Positions 1 through 9,150 of a stretch of 32,000 nt of DNA are shown piece after piece. The DNA lies in sequence record MT657344.1, one strand, 5' to 3'. The position numbers and the translations under genes were made by a program. Source of the stretch: Microbacterium phage Kauala. The notes beneath the pieces are model-generated. The model was not told the DNA's origin. It did no database searches and saw nothing but the letters and a program-made list of their open reading frames with translations. Each line of letters starts with the position of its first letter. Positions within the stretch are counted from its first letter, which is position 1.

Positions 1-1
1 G

Positions 2-190
2 CTGAACAGCACCAGCGCCGAGCGTGTCGGCAAGGACACCTACCTCATCGGTCCCACGGTGGACTACGCACCCTATGTGGCCCTGGGAACGAGCCGCATG
101 CCCAGCCGACCCTTCCATGTGGCTGCTGCTAAGCGGCTGCGCAAGGAAGCCGAGTCGCTGGGCTTCGACCCTGAGAAGCTGGGGATCTGA
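2..190 (+). CDS. HK97 gp10-like head-tail connector protein, C-terminal part (5' truncated by window)
   Basis: Open frame from window edge: LNSTSAERVGKDTYLIGPTVDYAPYVALGTSRMPSRPFHVAAAKRLRKEAESLGFDPEKLGI*. 'YAPYV.LGTSRMP.RPF' is characteristic of the gp10-like family; position just before tail genes. Confidence 0.75.
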   Translation: MNSTSAERVGKDTYLIGPTVDYAPYVALGTSRMPSRPFHVAAAKRLRKEAESLGFDPEKLGI

Positions 191-552
191 TGACTGTTAG
201 CATGAGCGACCTCACCGCCCTCCTGGACAGCCTGGGCGTCCCTGCCGTGCAGGGCTACGCGGCGACCAAGGCGGCGCTCCCCTACGTGGTCGCCCGACCC
301 ATGATCGTCACCTACGAGGGCGACCTGGCGGTCAGCGGCGACGCCCTGGGCTGGGACAACCAGTTCGGTCTCTACTGCGCCGGGGCCAGCGTGGAGGCGT
401 CCTTCAACTTGGCCAAGGCGGTCATCGGTGCTCTGCACGGCCAGCGGGTCGGCGACAGCACCCTCGCGGCGTCCATGGGTTATGTCGGTGCCCAGGTCGA
501 AGGTCACTACGAATCCCAGGTGACCGTTCAAACACATCAAGGAGGTATCTAA
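190..552 (+). CDS. putative tail terminator/completion protein
   Basis: 120 aa ORF, start overlaps previous stop (TGATG); synteny between connector and major tail protein. Confidence 0.55.
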   Translation: MTVSMSDLTALLDSLGVPAVQGYAATKAALPYVVARPMIVTYEGDLAVSGDALGWDNQFGLYCAGASVEASFNLAKAVIGALHGQRVGDSTLAASMGYVGAQVEGHYESQVTVQTHQGGI

Positions 553-553
553 C

Positions 554-790
554 ATGGCCAACGGCATCGTCGTCGACCACAAGGAGTCGGGCGTCCGCTA
601 CGCGGTCTCCGAGGCCAACTTCAACGAGAAGATCCACACCAAGGTCCGGGACCTGAAGCCGTCCGAGACGGTCATCGGCTTCCGGCCCAAGCGTCACCGC
701 GCCAAGGGTGACGCACCCAAGCCCACCAGCCACACCGAGGGGTCCTCGCCCGAGGGCACCCAGGCGGTCGCCAAGAAGGAAGGAAACTGA
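554..790 (+). CDS. small hypothetical structural-region protein
   Basis: 78 aa ORF MANGIVVDHKESGVRYAVSE..., preceded by AAGGAGG SD. Confidence 0.7.
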   Translation: MANGIVVDHKESGVRYAVSEANFNEKIHTKVRDLKPSETVIGFRPKRHRAKGDAPKPTSHTEGSSPEGTQAVAKKEGN

Positions 791-791
791 C

Positions 792-1292
792 ATGGCACCC
801 ATCACCCAGTGGAACCCCTCGACTCAGATCAGTCGGGGAAACGTCGCGGTCGGCGTCGCGCCTGCCGTCGAGGACATCAACAACCCCGTCCTCGCGGAGC
901 TGAGCACCGGAATCGGCCTGGACTGCTCCATCACCACGATGAACGGCACGTCCAGCACGGACAGCGAATCCATCGACTGGCTCTGCGACCCGGCGTCGGA
1001 GCAGCTCCCGGGCAGCACCACGCACTCCATGGACGACCTCCTCATCAAGGCCACGGGCCAGGAGGACGAGGACCTCATCAATGGCCTGAACATCGGCGAC
1101 GTCGTCTACATCTGGCGTCGTGACGGCCTGGCCCACGACACCGCCCTCGCCGCCGACCAGAAGGTCTGGGTCTGGAAGGCGATCATCACGTCCATCGACC
1201 CCGCCGAGGCGAACAACACGTTCGTCGCCATCACGGCACACATCACGGTCCTGGCCCGCTCGGTGACGGCTGTCGCCATCGCTGCGGCCTGA
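792..1292 (+). CDS. putative major tail protein
   Basis: 166 aa from ATG at 792 (MAPITQWNPSTQISRGNVAVGVAPAVEDINNPVLAELSTG...), directly upstream of tail assembly chaperones; SD GAAGGAA upstream. The longer ORF from 708 overlaps the preceding gene. Confidence 0.65.
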   Translation: MAPITQWNPSTQISRGNVAVGVAPAVEDINNPVLAELSTGIGLDCSITTMNGTSSTDSESIDWLCDPASEQLPGSTTHSMDDLLIKATGQEDEDLINGLNIGDVVYIWRRDGLAHDTALAADQKVWVWKAIITSIDPAEANNTFVAITAHITVLARSVTAVAIAAA

Positions 1293-1320
1293 CCCCGAAC
1301 AAGACAGGTAGGAGAACGCC

Positions 1321-1869
1321 ATGTCATTCAGCAGCTACGAAGAGCTCATGGAAGCGGTGGAAGAGCGCCGCGCCGATGTGCTCACCCTGGAGATCGACCT
1401 GGGGGCCAAGTACTCGCAGGAGTACGAGGACGCCAAGAAGGAGCTCCAGCAGGCGAAGGCCCTCAAGACGCTGGCAGGCGGTCAGGACTTCCTGGCCGAC
1501 AACCTGGCGGCGCTGGAGGCTCGTGTGGCCGAGACGAAGCCCGAGTCCCGCTCGGTGTGGGTCCAGTTCAACCGGCTGCGGCTGGGCGAGTGGGCTGCAC
1601 TGGTGAAGACCCAGGGGCTTACCCCGATCGACCAGTACGAGAAGGTTCTGCCCAAGACGTTCATCGGCGTCTACGGCCAGGACCCCGTGGATGCGGAGGA
1701 GCCGGTGCAGCCCCTCTCCACGGATGCCGCGCTGCTGTCCAGCAAGGGCGACAAGGGCATCCTCCCCGGAGGCATGCTGCACCAGGTCGTCCAGGCGTTC
1801 ATGTCCTGGCAGAACTCGTCGGGGGATATCTCAATCCGCCCTACGAAATCGGGCCACGACTCGCACTAG
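1321..1869 (+). CDS. tail assembly chaperone (gpG-like)
   Basis: 182 aa ORF between major tail protein and tape measure; GTAGGAG SD; ends in the frameshift region. Confidence 0.8.
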   Translation: MSFSSYEELMEAVEERRADVLTLEIDLGAKYSQEYEDAKKELQQAKALKTLAGGQDFLADNLAALEARVAETKPESRSVWVQFNRLRLGEWAALVKTQGLTPIDQYEKVLPKTFIGVYGQDPVDAEEPVQPLSTDAALLSSKGDKGILPGGMLHQVVQAFMSWQNSSGDISIRPTKSGHDSH

Positions 1870-2252
1870 TGCTTGATCTGGCCCTGGCATCGGGGCGACC
1901 CCCGCTTCGCCTCCTTGACGAGGGAAGCCCCGATGCCTGGCAGGAGGTAGACCTCGAGGTCGTCTCCCAGTGGAAACACATGAAGGAGGTCAAGTGCCCC
2001 GGCTGCGGTCGCCCGCTGGCTGAGCACTTGCACAACTCAACATTGGGACGGGAAGAAACCGTTGAGGACTACCAGGTCTACTCGGTAGACTGCCCCGCCC
2101 AGCAGGCGATCGCTGGGGGTCAGGCCGCATGGCGGCAGGTCAACAAGGGCGCTATCGACAGCCACATGAAGGGCAACGGGCCTGACCCCAGCATGGGGGT
2201 CTACTGGCTTACCAAGCGCCAGGGCGAGCGCCTTCCCATTCCAGAACAGTAA
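1321..2252 (+). CDS. tail assembly chaperone, -1 frameshift fusion (gpGT-like)
   Basis: Frame -1 relative to 1321 stays open through 2252 (...GGYLNPPYEIGPRLALVLDLALASGRPPLRLLDEGSPDAWQEVDLEVVSQWKHMKEVKCPGCGRPLAEHL...). Slippery G GGG GAT at 1821-1827. Confidence 0.8.
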
Positions 2253-2270
2253 CCCAGAAAGGAGGACAGC

Positions 2271-4679
2271 ATGGCCGATAACGATGTTCGCATCAAGCTC
2301 TCGCTTGACGGGGCCGACCAGGTCCAGAAGGGCCTCAAGGGCGTCGGCGACGAGGCTGGCAATGCTGACTCCAAGCTGGGGAGCATGGTCAAGGGAGGCC
2401 TCAAGGGCGCTGGTGCTGCCCTGGTAGGCTTCGCGACCGCTGCCGTAGCTGCTGGCGGGGCGCTCACTGCGGGGGTGGTGAGCGCCTACGCCGACTACGA
2501 GCAGAACATCGGTGGTATCGAGACGATGTTCAAGGACGCGTCCGGTACGATGAAGCAGTACGCCGACGACGCGTATCGCACTGCTGGCCTGTCGGCCAAC
2601 GACTACATGAGCCAGGTCACCAGCTTCTCGGCTGCGCTGATCCAGGGTCTGGGCGGCGACACGGCTGCGGCTGCCGAAGCAGCCAACACGGCCATGATCG
2701 ACATGTCCGACAACGCGAACAAGTTCGGGTCCAACATCACGGACATCCAGAACGCCTACCAGGGCTTCGCGAAGCAGAACTACACCATGCTCGACAACCT
2801 GAAGCTCGGGTATGGTGGCACGGCTGCCGAGATGGCAAGGCTGATCAACGACTCGGGTGTCATGGGCGACACCTTCGAGGCCACGGCCCAGAACATGAAC
2901 GAGGTGAGCTTCGACAAGATCGTCGAGGCCATCCACGTCATCCAGGACGAGATGGGCATCGCCGGGACCACGGCGCTGGAAGCCGAGCAGACCATCTCGG
3001 GCTCCATCGGCATGCTGCAGAGCAGCTTCGCGAACCTGCTGACGGGCCTTGGCAGCGCCGACGCTGATGTGGCCACGCTGGCGGGCAACGTTATCGACTC
3101 GTTTGAGCTGGTCGTCACCAACGTCACCCCGGTCATTGAGAACCTGGGCAACAACATCGCCACGCTCGGCCCCAAGCTGGGCGACATGATGACCTCTCTG
3201 GTGGGAGCCGTCAGCAGCGCCATCCCGGCCATCCTCCAGGCTGGTGTGGCCCTTATCGGCGGTCTCATCCAGGGTATCAGCTCCGCGCTGCCGGGGCTTA
3301 TCACCGCTGCGGTGCCTGCCCTGGTGCAGCTCGTGACGGTGCTCGCAGAGCAGGCTCCGCTCCTCATCAAGGCTGGCGTGGACGCTATCGTGGCGCTGGG
3401 CGCTGGCATTGCCGAAGCGCTGCCCACGCTTATCCCCGTGGTCGTGCAGGGTCTCCTGGACGTGATCGCCGCGCTGGTGGAGAGCCTGCCCCTGCTGCTG
3501 GAGACCGGCCTGCAGATCATCCTCGCCCTGGCTGATGGTATCATTCAGGCTCTCCCGCTGCTGATCGCCCAGCTCCCCACGATCATCATGGCGCTGGTTG
3601 ACTTCTTCGTGCAGGGCATCCCCATGCTGATCCAGGCAGGCATCCAGCTCCTGACAAGCCTGATCGGTGCCCTGCCTGACATCATCACCCAGATCGTAGC
3701 TGCGCTGCCCCAGATCATCACCGCTATCATCCAGGCAGTGGTCGGGGCTATCCCGCTGCTGATCCAGGCAGGTATCGACCTGATCACCGCGCTGGTTACG
3801 GCGCTCCCCGAGATCATCCAGGCGATCGTAGCTGCCATCCCGACCATCATCACTGCGGTGCTTGACGCGGTCATCGGCAGCATCCCGCTCCTGATCGACG
3901 CGGGCTTCAAGCTGATCACCGGCCTCATCGGGGCGCTCCCCAGCATCATCGGCACCATCGTTGGAGCCATCCCCCAGATCATCGGCGGGGTGCTGAGCGC
4001 GGTGTTCGGGGCTATCCCCAAGCTGATCCAGGCGGGCTTCAAGCTGCTGACCAGCCTGGTGAGCAACCTTGGCGGCATCGTGGGCAACATCGTCGGGGCA
4101 GTTGGCAACATCCTGAGCAACATCTTCAACGCCGTGGTCGGCGGGGTAGGCCGGATGGTGTCGGCCGGTGGCGACCTGGTGCGCGGCCTCTGGAACGGTA
4201 TCTCTGGGGCTGCGGGCTGGCTGTTCAACAAGATCGGCGGCTTCGTCAACGACGTGATGGGCAACATCGGTTCGTTCTTCGGCATCAACTCGCCCTCGCG
4301 GCGCATGCGTGACGAGATCGGTCAGTTCCTGCCCCCCGGCATCGGTGAGGGTGTGGAGCAGCACGCCGACGAGGCCATCGACCCCATCACCGACATGAAC
4401 AAGCGCATCGTCAAGGAAGCCCAGGCTCTCCCTGACCTGGCGGTGAACCAGTCGGTGTCGCAGTCGCTCACGCAGACCCTGGTCCCCACGCTGGCACCGA
4501 CCCAGGCTTCGGCCACACCGAACTACGGCGCAACGGGCACGGGCAGCGTCACCATCAGCGGTCCCCTGGTCAGTGTGGCCTCCATGCAGGTGCGCTCCGA
4601 CCAGGACATCCGCGCCCTGTCCACCCAGCTCAAGACGGACATGACCCGCGAGCTGCGAGCGCAAGGAGTACTCTCATGA
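2271..4679 (+). CDS. tape measure protein
   Basis: 802 aa, N-terminal coiled/alanine-rich region, long hydrophobic repeats (LIQAGIxLLTxLIGALPxII), position after gpG/T; SD AAAGGAGG. Confidence 0.93.
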   Translation: MADNDVRIKLSLDGADQVQKGLKGVGDEAGNADSKLGSMVKGGLKGAGAALVGFATAAVAAGGALTAGVVSAYADYEQNIGGIETMFKDASGTMKQYADDAYRTAGLSANDYMSQVTSFSAALIQGLGGDTAAAAEAANTAMIDMSDNANKFGSNITDIQNAYQGFAKQNYTMLDNLKLGYGGTAAEMARLINDSGVMGDTFEATAQNMNEVSFDKIVEAIHVIQDEMGIAGTTALEAEQTISGSIGMLQSSFANLLTGLGSADADVATLAGNVIDSFELVVTNVTPVIENLGNNIATLGPKLGDMMTSLVGAVSSAIPAILQAGVALIGGLIQGISSALPGLITAAVPALVQLVTVLAEQAPLLIKAGVDAIVALGAGIAEALPTLIPVVVQGLLDVIAALVESLPLLLETGLQIILALADGIIQALPLLIAQLPTIIMALVDFFVQGIPMLIQAGIQLLTSLIGALPDIITQIVAALPQIITAIIQAVVGAIPLLIQAGIDLITALVTALPEIIQAIVAAIPTIITAVLDAVIGSIPLLIDAGFKLITGLIGALPSIIGTIVGAIPQIIGGVLSAVFGAIPKLIQAGFKLLTSLVSNLGGIVGNIVGAVGNILSNIFNAVVGGVGRMVSAGGDLVRGLWNGISGAAGWLFNKIGGFVNDVMGNIGSFFGINSPSRRMRDEIGQFLPPGIGEGVEQHADEAIDPITDMNKRIVKEAQALPDLAVNQSVSQSLTQTLVPTLAPTQASATPNYGATGTGSVTISGPLVSVASMQVRSDQDIRALSTQLKTDMTRELRAQGVLS

Positions 4680-5446
4680 GCTTCCAGCTTGGTTCGTTCG
4701 ACAGCGACAGCATCAGCGACTTCAAGGCCATCTTGACCGAGTGGCCCGCGCTGCCGGTGGAGCTGCACCTGGACGAGCTGCCCAGCGGCGACGGTTCCCT
4801 GTACTACCGGGCACGCATGACAGAGACCGAGTGGGTCTTCAACCTGGAGCTGACCGGCTCAGACGTTGCCGACGTGCTTGCCAAGGCCGACGCGGTGTCC
4901 GCTGCGCTGAACCCCAAGCTGCACGGTGAGCAGGACTTCACCCCGAACGCCTTCGACCCGTGGGTCTGGCGCGGGGTGCTGGGCGGGCCTGTCACCTGGG
5001 AGCGGGACAGCATCATCTGGTTCAGCGACCGTACCTGCCGTCTGGCGGGACAGGCTACCGTGGTGACCCCTAACCCCTATGGTTACTCTGCAGGGTCGCC
5101 CACGGTCCTCTCTAGCTCCGTAGAAGCGGTGCTGCCGGTGGGGGGCAACACTAGCGCCTTCCCCATCGTGGAGTTCAGGGGAGTTCTGAACAGCGCCCAG
5201 GCGTTCACGCTGAACGGCATCCAGGTCGCTGGCCCGCTGACGGCAAGCCAGACCCTCGTCCTGGACTTTGAGAACCTGGACTTCTACATCAAGACCACGG
5301 CGACAGGGGCCAAGGTGCGCAACGTTGCTGACCGCTTCACGAACTTCAAGCGCCTGGAAGGCACCGACAGCATCGCCCTGACAGCGGGCGTCACTGCGGG
5401 CACCTTCACCCAGGCGACAGCCCGTGTCAACTCGAGGAGAATCTGA
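4676..5446 (+). CDS. putative distal tail protein / minor tail protein
   Basis: 256 aa, ATGA overlap with the tape measure gene; synteny. Confidence 0.65.
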   Translation: MSFQLGSFDSDSISDFKAILTEWPALPVELHLDELPSGDGSLYYRARMTETEWVFNLELTGSDVADVLAKADAVSAALNPKLHGEQDFTPNAFDPWVWRGVLGGPVTWERDSIIWFSDRTCRLAGQATVVTPNPYGYSAGSPTVLSSSVEAVLPVGGNTSAFPIVEFRGVLNSAQAFTLNGIQVAGPLTASQTLVLDFENLDFYIKTTATGAKVRNVADRFTNFKRLEGTDSIALTAGVTAGTFTQATARVNSRRI

Positions 5447-7878
5447 TGGCCGAGTACAGCCGCGCCAGCAGTCGGGGAGACTGGACGGGTGAATGGGATC
5501 CGGATGCAGTCACTCAGGTGCTGCTCCGCATGGACTCCTTCATCGGCTCAGGTGACCCCCGGCCTACGCCGGACAGCAGTGGGAAGAACCGCGACGCCTA
5601 TGTGATCAACTATGCAGGCAGCAGCGCGGTCGCAGTGGCGTCGCCCTGGGGCACGGCGCTCCGCATGAACAACCTCGGGGCCAGCGAAGAGACCAGCATC
5701 CGCATCGAGAACGACGGCACCCTGTTCCCCAGCAGCGGAAGCCTGATGGTCGGGTGCTGGTTCAACGGCAAGGTGGACCGCCAGTGGAACCCCATCCTGT
5801 CGACCCGCAACACGTCGGGCGCTGCGCCCTTGTTCCACATCAACGTGAACACCAGCGCCAGCGGACCCCAGGTCAACTACCGTCTCTACAACAACGCCGG
5901 AACCCAGATCGTCAACGAGTGGATGGACACCGTCCTGGACCCCGACGCTTGGTACTGGGTCGGCATGGTGATGGACCTCACCCTCGGAACGTACTCCGTC
6001 TACCTTGTCAACTACAGCACCGGGGCCATCGAGAGCGAGAGCGGCACCGTCGCAGGCATGAACAACGCCTGCACGGCTCATCTGGATGTGGCCTTCGGGC
6101 CTGCTGGCGAATGGGCGCGGGCCACGGTGGACGAGGTTGTCGTCGTGGCACCGTTCACGGGCAACGCGGGCCAGTGGGCACTCCGTAGTCGCCTTGCCAA
6201 CGGAGCCGTAGAGGCGACAGAGGCCGACACGGGCACCGTGGTCGGGCGTATCTCCCCCCGGCCGACCGCAACGCTGCCAGTAGTCGCCCAGAGTCGCGCC
6301 ATGCCCGGACAGTGGGGGGCAGACACCCCCATGCTGACCGTGAACGGCAGCGGGGCGACCATCCGCTATCGCACCAGCAACAACCTGACCACCTGGTCGG
6401 CGTGGAAGAACGCCAGCCAGATCACGACCGAGCCGAATGCGGCATGGATCCAGTACGAGATCACGCTGTCCTCCTACGACAGCTACGTCGACGACATCCT
6501 GCTCAGCACGGCTCCTCCGCCGACCCCGCCCCTGCCGAACACCCTGCCGGTCGAGCCGTTCTCCCTCGACCCGCTGCTGGTCGTTCCGAGCGGGGGCGGG
6601 GTCTTCCTGCAGGACACCCTCCTGGAGTGCAAGACGCTGGACACCAGCAGCAACGAGAGCACCCTCACGTTCGTGCTCAGCCTTGCCGACAAGAAGGCCA
6701 CACTGATCGAGGCAGAGATGCCGGTGGTCTTCAAGGGGCGGCACTATGTGGCCCGAGGCATCACCAAGACCATCGACCGCGCCAGCAACCGAGCGCACGT
6801 GGAGGTCTACTGCGAGCGCAACTGGTACGACCTGCTCTACGCGGGCCAGATTGACGCCCAGACCTGGACAGGCACGGCCTTCGATGTGATGACCAGCATC
6901 CTGGCCGACTCGGGCTGGTACGTGGGCCAGGTTGACCCGACTGCGGTGCTGGGCTGGGAGAACGACAGCGGCACCGTCCTGGGCATGCTCAAGCAGATAG
7001 CCAAGGTGTACGGGGGCGACCTGGTATTTGATGACAAGAACAAGTTCGTGCATCTGCTGAACCAGGGCGGTCGTGACCGGGGCACCTACTTCGTCTACGA
7101 GAAGGGCATCAAGACTGCGGTCAAGCGCGAGGACACGACCAACCTGGTGACCCGCATCTACGGGCGGAACGCTGACGGCCTGACCATCGCCCCGGCCAAC
7201 AACGGGGTCGACTACATCGAGGACTTCACCTGGACCGACCAGGTGCGCACCAGCACCTACGACTTCAAGAGCGGCATGACGCCTCAGGCCATGATGCGCT
7301 TCCTGACCGCGTTCCTGGCCGACCGTGCCAAGCCCACGATCAGCTACGAGTACGACGTGTCGGGCCTTGTGGACCGCGTTGACGAGGTAGACCGCTTCGA
7401 GGTCCTGGACATTATCTTCGTCATGGACGAGGACTACAGCCAGTCCGTGAAGAGCCGGGTCGTGCAGCTTGAGATCGACTGGGTCGACCTGCGCAAGAGC
7501 AAGATCACCCTCGCGAACAAGCTGCGGAGCCTTGCCAGCAGCGACGACAGCACCGACCCCGGCGCGCTGACCACGGGCCAGACCATCGACACCCGAGACA
7601 TCAACCCGTTCAACCTGCTGCTGAACAGCCGTGGCGACAACGGGATGGCGCACTGGGCAGGGAACAACGTGCAGGTCGTGGAAGGCGGGGCGACTGGCCG
7701 GTACAGCTTCGCGTTCGGCAGCGCTGGGGGCAGCCTGGAGCAGACGGTCACCAGCGACAACCGGGACAGCTTCGTGTTCTCCGCCCAGGTGGACGCCGAC
7801 ACCGATGCTGCCCTGCAGATCGAGGTGACCTTCCAGTACACCGACGGAACCACCGAGACCCAGACCCTGGAGCTGTGA
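5446..7878 (+). CDS. minor tail protein with concanavalin/LamG-like N-terminal region and tail-tip core domain
   Basis: 810 aa; 'WYWVGMVMDLTLGTYSVYLVNYSTG' resembles a LamG/ConA sandwich, followed by a tail-associated region (ECKTLDTSSNESTLTFVLS...). Starts overlapping the upstream stop. Confidence 0.7.
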   Translation: MAEYSRASSRGDWTGEWDPDAVTQVLLRMDSFIGSGDPRPTPDSSGKNRDAYVINYAGSSAVAVASPWGTALRMNNLGASEETSIRIENDGTLFPSSGSLMVGCWFNGKVDRQWNPILSTRNTSGAAPLFHINVNTSASGPQVNYRLYNNAGTQIVNEWMDTVLDPDAWYWVGMVMDLTLGTYSVYLVNYSTGAIESESGTVAGMNNACTAHLDVAFGPAGEWARATVDEVVVVAPFTGNAGQWALRSRLANGAVEATEADTGTVVGRISPRPTATLPVVAQSRAMPGQWGADTPMLTVNGSGATIRYRTSNNLTTWSAWKNASQITTEPNAAWIQYEITLSSYDSYVDDILLSTAPPPTPPLPNTLPVEPFSLDPLLVVPSGGGVFLQDTLLECKTLDTSSNESTLTFVLSLADKKATLIEAEMPVVFKGRHYVARGITKTIDRASNRAHVEVYCERNWYDLLYAGQIDAQTWTGTAFDVMTSILADSGWYVGQVDPTAVLGWENDSGTVLGMLKQIAKVYGGDLVFDDKNKFVHLLNQGGRDRGTYFVYEKGIKTAVKREDTTNLVTRIYGRNADGLTIAPANNGVDYIEDFTWTDQVRTSTYDFKSGMTPQAMMRFLTAFLADRAKPTISYEYDVSGLVDRVDEVDRFEVLDIIFVMDEDYSQSVKSRVVQLEIDWVDLRKSKITLANKLRSLASSDDSTDPGALTTGQTIDTRDINPFNLLLNSRGDNGMAHWAGNNVQVVEGGATGRYSFAFGSAGGSLEQTVTSDNRDSFVFSAQVDADTDAALQIEVTFQYTDGTTETQTLEL

Positions 7879-7879
7879 C

Positions 7880-8068
7880 ATGGCCGTACGACGCGCCGTG
7901 GTGCGCAACCCTAACTCGTTCAAGCAGACGCTGACCATCAAGGTGAAGGTGACGACTGCCAACGGCGACGTGAAGGTTACCGACCTCATCCTGCAGGCGG
8001 GCAGCACGGGCACCGGCTGGGTCCCCAACGTGACCGAGATGCCTTGGGTGACTGGGGTGGTATCATGA
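7880..8068 (+). CDS. small tail-associated beta-rich protein
   Basis: 62 aa ORF MAVRRAVVRNPNSFKQTLTIKVKVTTANGDVKVTDLILQAG..., tightly packed between tail genes. Confidence 0.65.
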   Translation: MAVRRAVVRNPNSFKQTLTIKVKVTTANGDVKVTDLILQAGSTGTGWVPNVTEMPWVTGVVS

Positions 8069-8664
8069 GCTTCCTCCGCACGTTCGGTCAGCTCCGCCCG
8101 TCGAAGCCGGTGCTTGGTGTGGCCGTCAAGATCACCGCACAGTCCGAAGCCAAGGTCACCGACATCCAGCTCAACGCGGGCAGCAGCCTCTTCTCGTGGT
8201 CGCCCCAGGTGGGCGATCTTGGGCTGCGGCCTGCCCCGGCCTGGCGCTACATCAACGGGATGGTGCAGTCGGACTACGAGACATGGGTCATGGCAGACGA
8301 GGATGTCGCCAGTCCCTACCAGGGGGTCTTCTACCCGGTCGGTGCCCAGACGGCCGAGTGGGGCTTGCTCTACCTGGGCGAGATCAGCTCACGTGAGGAG
8401 TTCAACGGATATGAGTACAGCACCACGGCCGGAGCCGGAGTCGCCCCGCATCTCACTGCCCGCGCTGATCAGCGCTTGGGCCTCACGACGGACGGCATCA
8501 TGTCGGCCATCGTTGCCATCCGGGGCATCCACTCCGATCCTGGCAGCAGCGCACGCACCGACCTGGGCACCGTCACAGGTGCTCACCCGGAAGGCTGGTC
8601 TGCGGTGTGGGCCTGGCATGAAACTTGGAATGACGTCATAAACGAGCATGAGGAGTGGGCATAA
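8065..8664 (+). CDS. minor tail protein
   Basis: 199 aa from ATG 8065 (ATGA overlap with previous stop); N-terminus similar to the 62-aa upstream protein. Confidence 0.65.
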   Translation: MSFLRTFGQLRPSKPVLGVAVKITAQSEAKVTDIQLNAGSSLFSWSPQVGDLGLRPAPAWRYINGMVQSDYETWVMADEDVASPYQGVFYPVGAQTAEWGLLYLGEISSREEFNGYEYSTTAGAGVAPHLTARADQRLGLTTDGIMSAIVAIRGIHSDPGSSARTDLGTVTGAHPEGWSAVWAWHETWNDVINEHEEWA

Positions 8665-9149
8665 TGCCTCTGGAGAACCCTACTGCACCGTCCTACGGCC
8701 CGAACACGTTCACGGCCTTGGCTGCTGCCCTGGCCACACTGTTCGAGAACGACGAGTACCTGGAAGGGCTGATCGACGACATTGACCCTACCCCCACGGT
8801 CACCCGGCTGAATCTGACGCTGGCCAGCGGATACGGGAACAACTCGGCATATGTCACCACGCGCACAGTGAAGACCGGCACCGAGGTCACGCTGGAATGC
8901 GGTGTGATCACCTGCCCTGCCAGCTTCAGCGCCGATGTCTACAACACTCTCGGCACCGTGGCAAGCGCGCACCGTCCCACCGACGGCAAGCACCGCATGG
9001 GAGTCGGTGCCATCTTCGCCGGGTCGGCTATCGTCCCGGTCCAGTACCGGATCAACGGCTCTGACGGCACCGTCAACTTCTACTCCCGAGTAGCTGTCGG
9101 CGGGGCATCATACATCATCCTGTCGCCTATCAACTGTACGGTGAGCTGA
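8664..9149 (+). CDS. putative tail protein
   Basis: 161 aa from ATG 8664 (TAATG overlap), beta-rich composition. Confidence 0.6.
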   Translation: MPLENPTAPSYGPNTFTALAAALATLFENDEYLEGLIDDIDPTPTVTRLNLTLASGYGNNSAYVTTRTVKTGTEVTLECGVITCPASFSADVYNTLGTVASAHRPTDGKHRMGVGAIFAGSAIVPVQYRINGSDGTVNFYSRVAVGGASYIILSPINCTVS

Positions 9150-9150
9150 C

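Noticed and set aside
708-791. Upstream extension of the major tail protein ORF
   Set aside because: It overlaps the preceding gene and has proline/arginine-rich low-quality sequence; ATG 792 has a better SD and context.
2037-4664. 875-aa minus-strand ORF opposite the tape measure gene
   Set aside because: Repetitive D/Q/H/R-rich translation of the complementary strand of a strongly supported + gene; high-GC shadow ORF.
5548-8028. 826-aa minus-strand ORF opposite the 810-aa minor tail gene
   Set aside because: Shadow ORF; composition biased (G/V/H/R), no domains, while the + frame is syntenic and well formed.
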